From assembly GCA_049290195.1 (NCBI GenBank), contig JBATNE010000040.1, positions 10,127 through 74,126 of the forward strand: DNA of 64,000 nt. The letters are read 5' to 3'. The stretch's first letter is position 1. Each line of letters starts with the position of its first letter. The notes below the pieces were generated by a model, which saw only the letters and a program-made list of their open reading frames with translations, did not search any database and was not told the DNA's origin. Shown one piece after another: positions 1-9,900 of the stretch. Source of the DNA: Candidatus Zixiibacteriota bacterium. Lineage in GTDB: Bacteria > Zixibacteria > MSB-5A5 > GN15 > FEB-12. Position numbers and translations under genes: made by a program.

Positions 1-1
1 T

Positions 2-2239
2 ACCAAGAATGGCGCCAAACTGCTCGATTTCGGTCTGGCCAAATGGCAAGCCGCACCCATAACCGGTGCTCTTAACTCCATGACCCGGACATCCTCGCCG
101 CTTACCGGCGAAGGTGCCATTGTCGGCACATTCCAATACATGTCTCCGGAACAGCTCGAAGGGAAAGAAGCTGATATCCGCTCGGACCTGTTCTCGTTCG
201 GTGTCGTGCTTTACGAAATGGCCACAGGCAAGCGCCCGTTTGAGGGGAGAAGCCAGGCCAGTTTGATCGCCTCCATTCTTAAAGAAGAGCCGCGCCCTAT
301 CTCCGCGATCCAGCCCATGACTCCCCCTGCCCTCGAGCGGTTGGTGAAGCAATGTCTCGCCAAAGATCCTGATGATCGCTGGCAGTCCGCCGGCGATCTC
401 AAACGCGAAATCACCTGGATTGTGCAGGGTGGTTCACAAATCGGTCTACCTGCAGTCGTCGCATCGAAGAGAAAGCGCCGCCTCCAGGTCAGCTGGATCG
501 TTGCCGCAGTCGGCATTCTTGCCGCCCTGCTGCTTGCCGGCAAAATGGTCACGACTAAACCACCCGTTGTGCAGACCACGCAATTCAATATTCCTGTCCC
601 GCCGGAAATCAGATCGCTCCGCTGGCCCCGCATATCACCCGATGGCCGTACTATTGCCTTTCAGGCTCTTGATACTGCCGGGAGAGACCAGCTCTGGATC
701 CGCCCCATGAATTCTCTTACTCCCTACCCTCTGGCTGGAACAGATGGCGCAGGGCGCCCCTTCTGGTCACCTGACAGCCGGTATCTTGCGTTTATTGCCG
801 CCGGCCAGCTCAAGAAGATCGCCGTCAGCGGCGGGCCGGTGCAATTGGTCGCCGAAGCAGCCGGCGGGTTCGATGGTACCTGGGGAGCGAAAAACGTAAT
901 CCTCTATGATGGTGGCTCGCAGGACTCAATCAGAGGGGTCTCTGTCACTGGCGGCACGGTTACCGGATTCACGTCTCTGAGCAAGACAGGGCATGATCAG
1001 TACCATTGCTGGCCCACCTTTCTCCCCGATGGCAACCACTTCCTGTTTCTGGTGTCCACCGACAGTGGGCTGACTGTCGGTTCGCAATCGTTTGTTGCAA
1101 AAGTCGGATCGATGGATTCAAAAGACACCAAAGCCCTGTTTGTCACCGATTCACGCATTGAATACGATCCAGCCGGTTACGTTCTGTATGTCTTGAACGG
1201 CACCCTCGTGGCCCGCCCGTTTGACGTGAACAAACTGCAAGTCACAGGCGAACCGGCCCCGGTCGCCGAACATGTCATTTCGGCAAACGGCAACGCTAAT
1301 TTCAGCGTTTCCAGCGACGGATCTCTGATTTACCAACCATCGGGCAATTCGGCCAGTTCCGAATTAGTCTGGCTTGATCGAGCCGGCAAGGAAGTTGGCA
1401 AATCGGGAGACCCGGCTGCGTATCGCGATATTGCGCTTTCTCCCGATGGCAAACGCCTTGCCTATGGCTGTATCGATCCGACAGCTAATACCGAAGATAT
1501 CTGGGTGCGCGACCTGACTCGCAACGTTTCCTCGCGCCTGACCTTCGATCCCAAAGATGACATCTGGCCGGTCTGGTCCCCCGATGGTACTCGGATCGCC
1601 TTTGCTTCCAAGAGAACCGGACCTTTCCTCCCGATGACAAAATTGTCGAATGGGGTTGGGAGTGATGAACAGCTCTTCCAGGGTGAACCGGGTGTCTATT
1701 ATGGACCAACATGCTGGTCCCGCGATGGCAAGTCGATCGGCATTGGTCGCCTCTCTCAGGGGCAGTGGGATGTCGGTATCTATGACGTCACGTCGCGAAC
1801 GACAAAGTGGCTGGTGACAACCCAGTTCAATGAGCAACACCCGGAGATTTCCCCCGATGGCAGATTCCTGGCCTATCAAAGCGCCGAGTCCGGCCGATGG
1901 CAGATCTATGTCCTTGAACTGGGAGGGTCTGGCGGCAAATGGCAAATCTCGCAATCTGCCGGCGTGATGCCCTCATGGCGTGCCGATGGCAAAGAACTGT
2001 TCTTTGTGTCACGAGGGACGTTCTACTCAGTCCCGGTCAATACGGTCGGATCGTTCGAAAGCGGCACACCGGTCAGGCTCTTCGACATTCGCGGTGAAGG
2101 GGGCGGCTTTTCCATGCGACGGTATGACGTTAGTTCCGATGGTCAGCGCTTTATTGTGAACCGGTCTATGGGTGCCTCGAGTCAGAGCGGATTTGTCTTA
2201 GAGCAAAACTGGAGCGCCGAACTGGTCACATCCCGCTAG
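2..2239 (+). CDS. Ser/Thr protein kinase (N-terminus cut by window edge) with one TM helix and a C-terminal TolB/PD40-type beta-propeller
   Basis: The frame is open from base 2. It reads ...KLLDFGLAK (DFG motif), GTFQYMSPEQ (activation/APE segment) and DDRW. A TM helix follows (WIVAAVGILAALLLAG), then about 8 repeats of SPDG[RKT]x[IL]A[FY]-type blades. Confidence 0.85.
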   Translation, partial: TKNGAKLLDFGLAKWQAAPITGALNSMTRTSSPLTGEGAIVGTFQYMSPEQLEGKEADIRSDLFSFGVVLYEMATGKRPFEGRSQASLIASILKEEPRPISAIQPMTPPALERLVKQCLAKDPDDRWQSAGDLKREITWIVQGGSQIGLPAVVASKRKRRLQVSWIVAAVGILAALLLAGKMVTTKPPVVQTTQFNIPVPPEIRSLRWPRISPDGRTIAFQALDTAGRDQLWIRPMNSLTPYPLAGTDGAGRPFWSPDSRYLAFIAAGQLKKIAVSGGPVQLVAEAAGGFDGTWGAKNVILYDGGSQDSIRGVSVTGGTVTGFTSLSKTGHDQYHCWPTFLPDGNHFLFLVSTDSGLTVGSQSFVAKVGSMDSKDTKALFVTDSRIEYDPAGYVLYVLNGTLVARPFDVNKLQVTGEPAPVAEHVISANGNANFSVSSDGSLIYQPSGNSASSELVWLDRAGKEVGKSGDPAAYRDIALSPDGKRLAYGCIDPTANTEDIWVRDLTRNVSSRLTFDPKDDIWPVWSPDGTRIAFASKRTGPFLPMTKLSNGVGSDEQLFQGEPGVYYGPTCWSRDGKSIGIGRLSQGQWDVGIYDVTSRTTKWLVTTQFNEQHPEISPDGRFLAYQSAESGRWQIYVLELGGSGGKWQISQSAGVMPSWRADGKELFFVSRGTFYSVPVNTVGSFESGTPVRLFDIRGEGGGFSMRRYDVSSDGQRFIVNRSMGASSQSGFVLEQNWSAELVTSR

Positions 2240-2295
2240 TCATCATTGTCCGGTTACACACATGAAAGCTGTGCAGATGCTCGCGTTTTGGTGCC

Positions 2296-2323
2296 GCACC
2301 CGAAGGGTGCGATTATTCTTTCG
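2296..2323 (+). terminator. Candidate intrinsic terminator of the kinase gene
   Basis: GCACCC-GAA-GGGTGC hairpin (2296-2310) followed by GATTATTCTTTCG, 57 nt after the stop codon. The stem is short and the loop tight. Confidence 0.35.
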
Positions 2324-2340
2324 TCGGGCTGAACAGAGTA

Positions 2341-2387
2341 GTAGGTCGGGTTCCGATTCCCGCGAAGCGGGAGGAGAAACCCGACAC
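2341..2387. repeat. 47-bp nested-hairpin intergenic repeat, copy 1
   Basis: GTAGGTCGGGTTCCGATTCCCGCGAAGCGGGAGGAGAAACCCGACAC. Outer arms GTCGGGTT/AACCCGAC enclose an inner CCCGC-GAA-GCGGG hairpin. 46/47 identical to 2503-2549. Confidence 0.8.
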
Positions 2388-2502
2388 GTCAGGTCGTCGG
2401 GCTGAGCGGAGACGAAACCCGAACCTGCGAACGCATGCCCCTACCAATCATGTGCACGCCGGGCGCCTCTGCCCGGCGTTCGAGTCCAACATCCCCGTTG
2501 CC

Positions 2503-2549
2503 GTAGGTCGGGTTCCGATTCCCGCGAAGCGGGATGAGAAACCCGACAC
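2503..2549. repeat. 47-bp nested-hairpin intergenic repeat, copy 2
   Basis: Same sequence as 2341-2387 with one G/T difference (GCGGGATGAG versus GCGGGAGGAG). Direct orientation, 162 bp start to start. Confidence 0.8.
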
Positions 2550-2590
2550 TCAACTAGAGTGACACACCCGAAGGGTGTGACCGCGAATCC

Positions 2591-2621
2591 ACAAAAAACA
2601 AAAACCCATCCTACGGGTGGG
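2591..2621 (-). terminator. Candidate intrinsic terminator (minus strand), second of a tandem pair or end of an unannotated small RNA
   Basis: The minus strand reads CCCACCCGTAGGATGGG (imperfect stem, one mismatch) followed by TTTTTGTTTTTTGT. Confidence 0.4.
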
Positions 2622-2694
2622 CTACTCAAAGTTCGTCGGTTCGAGCGGAGACGAGAACCGAGCAAGAGCGACTCGGACCAAGTTTCTGCCAGTC

Positions 2695-2729
2695 GACCAA
2701 AGAAAAGGGACGATCAAATGATCGTCCCT
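2695..2729 (-). terminator. Intrinsic terminator of the T9SS cargo gene
   Basis: Perfect 10-bp stem AGGGACGATC-AAAT-GATCGTCCCT (2706-2729). On the minus strand it is followed by TTTCTTTGG. It lies about 28 nt downstream of the stop at 2757. Confidence 0.65.
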
Positions 2730-2756
2730 CTTGCAAAGAAAAATTGAAAACTCAAT

Positions 2757-4910
2757 CTACTTGAGCAATACCATCTTCTTCGTCGCGACATAATTGTCCG
2801 CCGTCAGACGGAAGAAGTAGATACCGGAAACAGCATTGCTACCGTCCCATGTCGCATGGTACGTCCCGGCAGACTGCTCCGCATTGACCAGCGTGGCGAC
2901 ACGCTGACCGAGGACGTTGAACACGCCCAGATCAACGCGACTTCTCTGCGGCAGATCATAGGCGATCTGCGTGGTCGGGTTGAACGGGTTCGGATAGTTC
3001 TGCCGAAGCGCGAACACCTTGGGCAACGAACCGCCGGTGCCCAGCGAATCAATGCTCGAGAAAATTGAATACGCCAGGTTGGCCGTCTTGGCCGTATCCG
3101 GAATCTCGCCAATCGTCAGCACTGGTGCCGATGGTGCAATCATGCCGGAAACGAACGGCGGGTCGATCGTCCAGCTGCCATCACACAGATTGAACGTAAA
3201 GACGCCCGTGTTCTGATCGACCGTTGTGCCGGTCTGATAAGAAGTGCCGCTGGTCGTGTGGGCAAATATCGACATCGGTGAGCTCAGCGGAAGATTGACA
3301 TTCTGCAATGCTCCCGAGACCCGGCAATGCGCCTGGTTAATCACAAACCCGAGACCGCCAATCGTATCTTCTGTCAGGTGCACAGTCCGAATCGACGGGC
3401 TGGTCAAGTAACCAGTAAGGTTGCAGTTGAGACTGTAACCGCCAGTGTCGGCGTAAATCGTGAATACTCCGTCATTGAGCGGATTGGCTCCAATGGAGCC
3501 GGTCTGCGCCGACCAGAGGCTCATGAAGATATTGCCGAAATCGCTAAAGCTGTCTCCCGGATCAACCTTGATCGTATCCTGAAGCATGGTGCCGGCGATA
3601 AAGTTGATGACCGCAGTATCGCCAGGTCCAAGATTGACCTGCGGCGGACCGGCAGGAATGAAGCCGTCCGGTATCGGGTAGCTCCCATCCCAGTTCACGG
3701 CGAATACGGTCCAGTTGGAATGTCCTTTGGTTGAGATGTGCAGCGGCACGATGTTGCCTGAGCCTGTCCCGGTGATGACATAGGTCATGCTGGCCAGTGA
3801 CTCAGAAACCGCCTGTACATTGTACGCGTGGGTTGGAAGTCCGCCATTCTCCAGGATCTTGACATACAAAACGGTGTCCGCCTTGTAGCAGACGAGATCG
3901 TGATGAATGTTGTGGAGCGTATCATTGCGGAACTGCCATCCCTGCGGAATTAGATAGGTAGGCGGCAGACCTTCGTTGCTGATACCGACCTGCCACTGGC
4001 CTTGTTCTGAAGGTCCGAAGTAGAACGAATAGTGGCCGTCGGAACGTTCGTCGTTCTTATTGCTTGGTCCGGAGAACATCGGAGAACAATAGAGGTAAAG
4101 CATCTGGGCAATCAAAGCGCCATCATCATCGACTATGTCACCGTAGAGGCTGTCGGCCGGCGCTACGTACGCAAAGTCCAAATTGGTTGAATCGCCACCG
4201 GCGACAATATCGATCCGCCCGGGCTGAACGTAGCCGTCGATCGCAGGCGGCTGAATCTGGAACGAGTGGCTGGTGCCGGCGCTTCCTACGTTGATAGAGT
4301 AGTAACCGCTGTCGTTGGTCAGCGCAGCCCAGATCTGGAAGTCATCCTGAACGTCCGCCTCGACCCAGAGGTCCTTGAGGATCGGATCGGGGGCCGGATG
4401 GCCGGCGACAACAATGTGCCCGCGGAAGTGGTTCGGCGGTGACGGAAGGGCCGTTACATTGAGCACACGCTGAGCATGGGTCGCGTCCCCTTCGTCCACT
4501 GCCTTGAAGATGTAGTGAGCCGGAGCCAGACCGATCACGGCGGAACTGAATACGTACCAGCCGTCAGGGACCGGATTGTTGTCCGGCGGCGGACCCGACA
4601 GAGAGGTGTCGCCGTCGGCGACACTGAACGTGGCAAACATCAGGTCGCCCGGATCATCAATCACGGAGTTGTTGTTGAGATCAACCCAGATCTCCCAGGT
4701 GACAGTATGGCCGACGCCGCAGTTGGCGCCCCAGCCGACATTGTCTCCCTGGACCATGGTGGTCTTGGACGTGTCTCCATTGACGGAGAAGAACACGTAG
4801 TTGGTCGTGGCCGATGCTGATTGACCGATAAGCAGTACGCAACCGATTATCGTCAACAGCATGCCCAGCCAACGCCGGCGTATCTGTGCATTAGCGGAAA
4901 GGTTCATCAC
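2757..4910 (-). CDS. Secreted protein of unknown function with a T9SS type-A C-terminal sorting domain
   Basis: N-terminal signal/TM (WLGMLLTIIGCVLLIGQSASA). The C-terminus reads FALRQNYPNPFNPTT...GIYFFRLTADNYVATKKMVLLK, typical of Por/T9SS sorting tails. The body has no motif I can assign. Confidence 0.75.
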   Translation of the reverse strand: MMNLSANAQIRRRWLGMLLTIIGCVLLIGQSASATTNYVFFSVNGDTSKTTMVQGDNVGWGANCGVGHTVTWEIWVDLNNNSVIDDPGDLMFATFSVADGDTSLSGPPPDNNPVPDGWYVFSSAVIGLAPAHYIFKAVDEGDATHAQRVLNVTALPSPPNHFRGHIVVAGHPAPDPILKDLWVEADVQDDFQIWAALTNDSGYYSINVGSAGTSHSFQIQPPAIDGYVQPGRIDIVAGGDSTNLDFAYVAPADSLYGDIVDDDGALIAQMLYLYCSPMFSGPSNKNDERSDGHYSFYFGPSEQGQWQVGISNEGLPPTYLIPQGWQFRNDTLHNIHHDLVCYKADTVLYVKILENGGLPTHAYNVQAVSESLASMTYVITGTGSGNIVPLHISTKGHSNWTVFAVNWDGSYPIPDGFIPAGPPQVNLGPGDTAVINFIAGTMLQDTIKVDPGDSFSDFGNIFMSLWSAQTGSIGANPLNDGVFTIYADTGGYSLNCNLTGYLTSPSIRTVHLTEDTIGGLGFVINQAHCRVSGALQNVNLPLSSPMSIFAHTTSGTSYQTGTTVDQNTGVFTFNLCDGSWTIDPPFVSGMIAPSAPVLTIGEIPDTAKTANLAYSIFSSIDSLGTGGSLPKVFALRQNYPNPFNPTTQIAYDLPQRSRVDLGVFNVLGQRVATLVNAEQSAGTYHATWDGSNAVSGIYFFRLTADNYVATKKMVLLK

Positions 4911-5131
4911 AGTCTCCCGTTCAATTTATTGAAAGGTTGTTCGTGCCCCCAACTGGTGCATCGTCCGATGGTGGCATTGGTAATCCATTATTGACGTTAT
5001 CGGTCATTGTCATGGATAAATTAGGGGGGCAACGCCGCACCCTTGGGGTCAAACCGGCGTTGATACTCTAGAGGAGATGACAGGTAGCGCCAATTGGCGT
5101 TCGATCGCAAATCTGTTATACTGTATCAACT

Positions 5132-6979
5132 ATGCACTTCCGGGAATTGGTACAAAGGTATCTGCTCACAGCCACCTCGATTGCGCTGGCGATCGCCCTC
5201 GCGGCGTCACCCGCCCAGTCCCAGGATGGCTATGCCGTCAAAGGAATCTCGTTCAAAGGGAACAAAACGATCCCAACGAGCATCCTCAAGCTGGTGATCG
5301 GCGCCAAAGCGCCCGGGACCTTTGGTCGGCTCCTTGGACACACCGGGTCCGAGTATGATCAGGAGGCGGTCGCGGCTGATCTGGACAAGCTTCGCCTGAT
5401 CTATCAGCGGGAGGGATTCCTCCACACGGTCGTTGGGCCCGTCCAAACCGAGATGGACTCCAAAGCGCGCAAAGTCAGAGTCGTCATCCCCATTGCCGAG
5501 GGAGAACCGGTCAGAGTTCACGATGTGACCTACCAACTGGACTCGACCGGGGAGGCAACCGCTGCCCATCTCACCAAAGCTCTGAAGAATCTGCAACGGG
5601 ACATGTACCTGAAGACCGGAGAGCGCTTTCGCGATTCATCCGTCATGCTGGACCAAATCGCCCTCGCGCGGGAATTTGCCGATCAGGGATTCGCCTATTG
5701 CCGGATCAATCCGGTGCTCACCGTCGACGACTCAGCTTCGTCGGTAAGAGTCGAATGGAGAATCGCAAGTGGCCCCCGGTGCTATTACGGTCCGATACGG
5801 ATCATGGGTCAGTCGAAGATCACTCCTCATGTGATCACCCGCCAACTTGCCTTTGCTCAGGGAAGCGGATATCGGCAAAGCTTGACGGAACGATCCCAGC
5901 AGCAGATCTATGGACTGGGCGTCTTTCAGGTTGCCACCGTTACCCCGGCCCTCGGAACCCCGAAGGACACGACGATCCCGATCGAGGTATTCGTCAAGGA
6001 TGCCAAACGGTTCACCTCCAAATTGGGAGTTGGGTATGGAAGCGAAGATCACTTCCGCATCTTCTCTGACAGCCGCTTTCTCGGATTCCTTGGAGGTGCG
6101 CGAAGACTCCAGCTCTACTTCAAGCACTCGGACCTCGAACCATATCATCTGAGTGCCACCGTGGTTCAGCCCGGTGTGCCGACACCGAGGACGACACTGT
6201 CACTGAGTCCGTTCCTTCGGCGGCAGAAGGAGCCCGGATTCACGGTCAACCGCTATGGGGGAGCATTGGGTGCAGCCCACCAGTTCAGTGCGACCCTTAA
6301 TGGATCGGCGACCTATTCGCTTGAGCGGGTCAAAGTCGATCAGTCGGCCCAGGCGACGCTGGCGACCGATTCCAATGCCAGCACCCTTTACAATAAGTCG
6401 CAGATAATACTGGGAGCCACCTTTGACAATTCCGGTCCGATGTTCAATCCAAGGCATGGGTTCTTCAACTCCGGTTCGATTGCGATCAGCGGACTGGGCT
6501 TTGGGAGCAACACCAAATATACGAAGATCCTGTTTGATCTACGCCGCTACCAGCCGGTGGGTGGTCTCGTCTTGGCCACTCGTGTGAAGTTTGGGAGTAT
6601 CAAAACAATTGGAAGTGAAAGTTTCATTCCGGTTGAGGAGCGCTTCTATTCCGGTGGGGGATCATCGGTGCGCGGTTGGGGTCGATCTGAACTGGGGCCG
6701 AAGGAAACAGGACTGCCAATTGGTGGTCTGTCTCTCCTGGAGGGAAGTGCCGAAATACGCTTCCCAATCGGAGGGATACTTGCGGGTGCGCTCTTTGCGG
6801 ATGCAGGAAATGTCTGGTTGCGATCTTATGACTTCCCGCTCGGCGATCTCAGATATGCCGCCGGCGCTGGTATCCGCATTACCACGCCGATCGGTCCGAT
6901 ACGATTGGATGTCGCACGGCCGGTAGCCGATGTGGACAAGGCGATTCAAGTGCACATAAGCGTTGGACAGGCGTTCTAG
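5132..6979 (+). CDS. tamA: Omp85-family outer-membrane protein, TamA-like (POTRA domains plus 16-strand barrel)
   Basis: Signal peptide (ALAIALAASPAQSQ), POTRA-like N-terminal third and surface-antigen barrel motifs (ERFYSGGGSSVRGW, RLDVARP, terminal aromatic ..GQAF). At 615 aa it fits TamA rather than BamA, and it sits directly upstream of a TamB-like gene. Confidence 0.8.
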   Translation: MHFRELVQRYLLTATSIALAIALAASPAQSQDGYAVKGISFKGNKTIPTSILKLVIGAKAPGTFGRLLGHTGSEYDQEAVAADLDKLRLIYQREGFLHTVVGPVQTEMDSKARKVRVVIPIAEGEPVRVHDVTYQLDSTGEATAAHLTKALKNLQRDMYLKTGERFRDSSVMLDQIALAREFADQGFAYCRINPVLTVDDSASSVRVEWRIASGPRCYYGPIRIMGQSKITPHVITRQLAFAQGSGYRQSLTERSQQQIYGLGVFQVATVTPALGTPKDTTIPIEVFVKDAKRFTSKLGVGYGSEDHFRIFSDSRFLGFLGGARRLQLYFKHSDLEPYHLSATVVQPGVPTPRTTLSLSPFLRRQKEPGFTVNRYGGALGAAHQFSATLNGSATYSLERVKVDQSAQATLATDSNASTLYNKSQIILGATFDNSGPMFNPRHGFFNSGSIAISGLGFGSNTKYTKILFDLRRYQPVGGLVLATRVKFGSIKTIGSESFIPVEERFYSGGGSSVRGWGRSELGPKETGLPIGGLSLLEGSAEIRFPIGGILAGALFADAGNVWLRSYDFPLGDLRYAAGAGIRITTPIGPIRLDVARPVADVDKAIQVHISVGQAF

Positions 6980-6987
6980 ATAGTGGC

Positions 6988-9900
6988 ATGAAAACGAGAT
7001 CATTCCTGAAATACTTTGTCATCATTGCAGGATCGCTGGTTGGGCTGCTGGCTATCGCCATAGCCTCTACCCAGACATCGATGTTCCGCGACTGGCTGAG
7101 AGGTAAAATCGAGCAACAGGGGAACAAGCGAATCAACGGCCAATTGACTATCGGCAGTCTCGAAGGAAGCCTGTTCACGTCAGTCCAACTAGGGAACATC
7201 CTCGTCAAGGATCAGTCTGATACCGTCCTGTTCATCAAGTCCGTCAGAGTCCTCATGTCCCCTATGCAGATTCTCTATCGCGCTGTAGCCATCGACTCAG
7301 TATACATTGAGGACCCCTATCTCAAATTGATTCAAGCGCCCGACAGCAGCTGGAATATATCGCACATAAGACGGGTTGACAGTTCAGCCGGGGAGCCGGT
7401 TCCGGCGAGCGAAGGAAAATCAAGCCTCAGGTATCTGGTCGGCGACTTCCTGGTGAAGAATGGCAGGGTGGGAATCTCCTCACTGGATACTACCTTGCCT
7501 TCGCTCGTGAGTGAATTTGGCGCCCGATTCAAAGCTACCTATGCTGATACGGCCATGGTGCTGAATCTGACTGAGTTCGGCTTTCTTTTGGATCGTCCCG
7601 GATTCAGACTTGTTCGCCTGTCGGTGAATGCAGTACAACGGGAAGGCAAGCTCACACTCTCCGATCTGAGCGTTGAGACCGCCAAGAACCAACTTCAGGG
7701 AGGCGGAATATACACCGCCGCCGACAGCAGTGTGTCCAGCGGAACATTGGCCAGCAAACCAATAGACTTCTCTGAATTTAGAGCGTTTATGCCGGGTTTC
7801 ATTGTCAATGGATCACCTGTCTTTGAAATAGAGACTCACTTGATCGGCGACTCGCTGGCCGTCACTCTTGGAGTGACCGAAGGTTCACAGCGAATCGACC
7901 TTGGAATAGACATTGCCCTGGTAAGTACACTGATCAACGCAACCACTCGCGACCAGGCGCACTACCATATTTCAGGTCGGCTGACTGAGTTTGGCTTGGC
8001 TCACTGGCTCCCCGACAGTCTGTTGGATTATAGCGCCAACGGCACCTTTTCACTCAGCGGCCAGGGACTCACCGCACGCACGGCCGTGTTTGCAGTTGCT
8101 GCAGACCTCAACGACTTGCGGGCACTCGGTCGACCTATCGGCGGAGTAACTCTCAAAGGCCAATACGACCGCGGCCGAATAACCGGTGACCTTGATGCCT
8201 CCGGCACATTTGGAAAGGTCACCGGTGGTCTTGGTGTCGACAGTGTACTGGGCGATCAGCACTATTCGGGCAGCTTTCTCGTGCAACACCTGGATCTGGC
8301 CCCACTTCTCCAAAATGACTCCATGCATTCGGAATTGAACCTTACGGCCCGCTTCGATGGGCGGAGCTTCGATCCTGCAACGTTGGCCGGCAAGGCAATT
8401 GTTGATATGTCCGCATCGTCTGTCTACGGCGTAGCTATAGACACCATGTTCGGGAGATTTCAATTCGACGGAAGCTCCTACCGCATAGATACCTTGCAGT
8501 TCAGGAGTTCGCTTGGCACACTGAGCAGCTCAGCAAGCGGAAAATACGCGGGCGTTGTCACCGGCGCATACGACTTGGTGCTATCCGACTTGGGAGCTCT
8601 TGGCAAGCTGGCCGGACAGGATAGCCTGGGAGGGCAGGGAAGACTGAACGGGAAGGCAGAGGGTTCACTCGATTCACTACACATTACGAGTGACTTCGAG
8701 TTCCAGCACCTGAAATACGGTGACTATGGCGTAGACAGTCTGTCGGGGAGTGCGTCGATTTCAAAGGGTTTGAAGTCGGCGAGCTCAATCTACGGCACAG
8801 CCACCGTGCTTGCATCACAGTTGCACGCCATCGGGAACGCAATTGATTCGGTCCGTATCAACAGCGAATTTGGTGGCACTGAAGTGACCACGAATCTCAA
8901 CCTGTTTTATCAGCAAGGCATCGAAGGCCATGTGACCGGAGTGGTTGCTATTGATTCCCCGACCGTTGTGGACGTGCCATCTATCGCCCTCACCGTGAAT
9001 TCCTCCAGATGGACGGGGGGAAGCCCCGATACACGAATCGCAAAACGTGGAGACAGATTCGAAATCAGGAATCTCAACTTGTCCGCGCCGCAGACTTCCG
9101 GCATTGGAGAGCAGACAGTAGCTCTGAATGGAATTATTGGACTATCCGGGGACGAAGAGGTTCACCTGGCAATTACCAGGCTCGACCTGGCCGAGGCCGC
9201 TCACCTCTTCAACATGACAGCCTCAGTTGGGGGATCCCTCTCTCTGGATACAAAGATCAGTGGGACTGCATCCGGTCCTAAAATCGCTGGAACGATGTCG
9301 ATCGACTCAGGGGTCGTCAACCAATTCTCATATCAGACCTGGCACACGACCTTTTCCTACGTGCCGGAAGACCTTACCTGGAATATGGCGCTCATACCTT
9401 ATGTCGGAGACAGTCTCACTGTGGCCGGACGACTTCCCGTTCACGTTGCCCTTGACGGCACTCTCAGTCAGCTGTACCGAGATCGTGCGATTGACATAAC
9501 CGTCCTGGCGAAGGGACTGCCACTTTCCATTCTGCAGGCCAGTGGTCAACCCTTCAAGCAGACCACGGGTACCATATCGGCTGATGCCCATGCAACCGGC
9601 ACAATGAACGCTCCGACGATTGTAGGAAAGATAGGGTTGCATGATGCCGCGGTATCGATTCCCAAGTATGGAATTGAGTATAGTGATATTGCAGCCAGCA
9701 TGACTGTGACCAATCAGGAGATACAGTTGGATACACTGCATATTCACCGTGATCAAGGGCTCCTGACCGGATCCGGCACACTTCAGTTCCAGGACAATCT
9801 CATGACTGGATCGATCAAGACAACTCAAATTGATTTTCTCGCCGACAAATTCTACGCGGTCAGGCACAAGGACTATCAGATACAGATATCCGGGGATGCC

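Noticed and set aside
2478-2486. tRNA T-loop-like GTTCGAGTC
   Set aside because: The flanking bases (CGGCG / CAACA) cannot form a T-stem, and no acceptor or anticodon arms can be drawn.
2341-2549. Possible mini-CRISPR (two 47-bp direct repeats)
   Set aside because: There are only two copies, the repeat is longer than typical, the spacer is 115 bp and contains other repeat families, and no cas genes are present.
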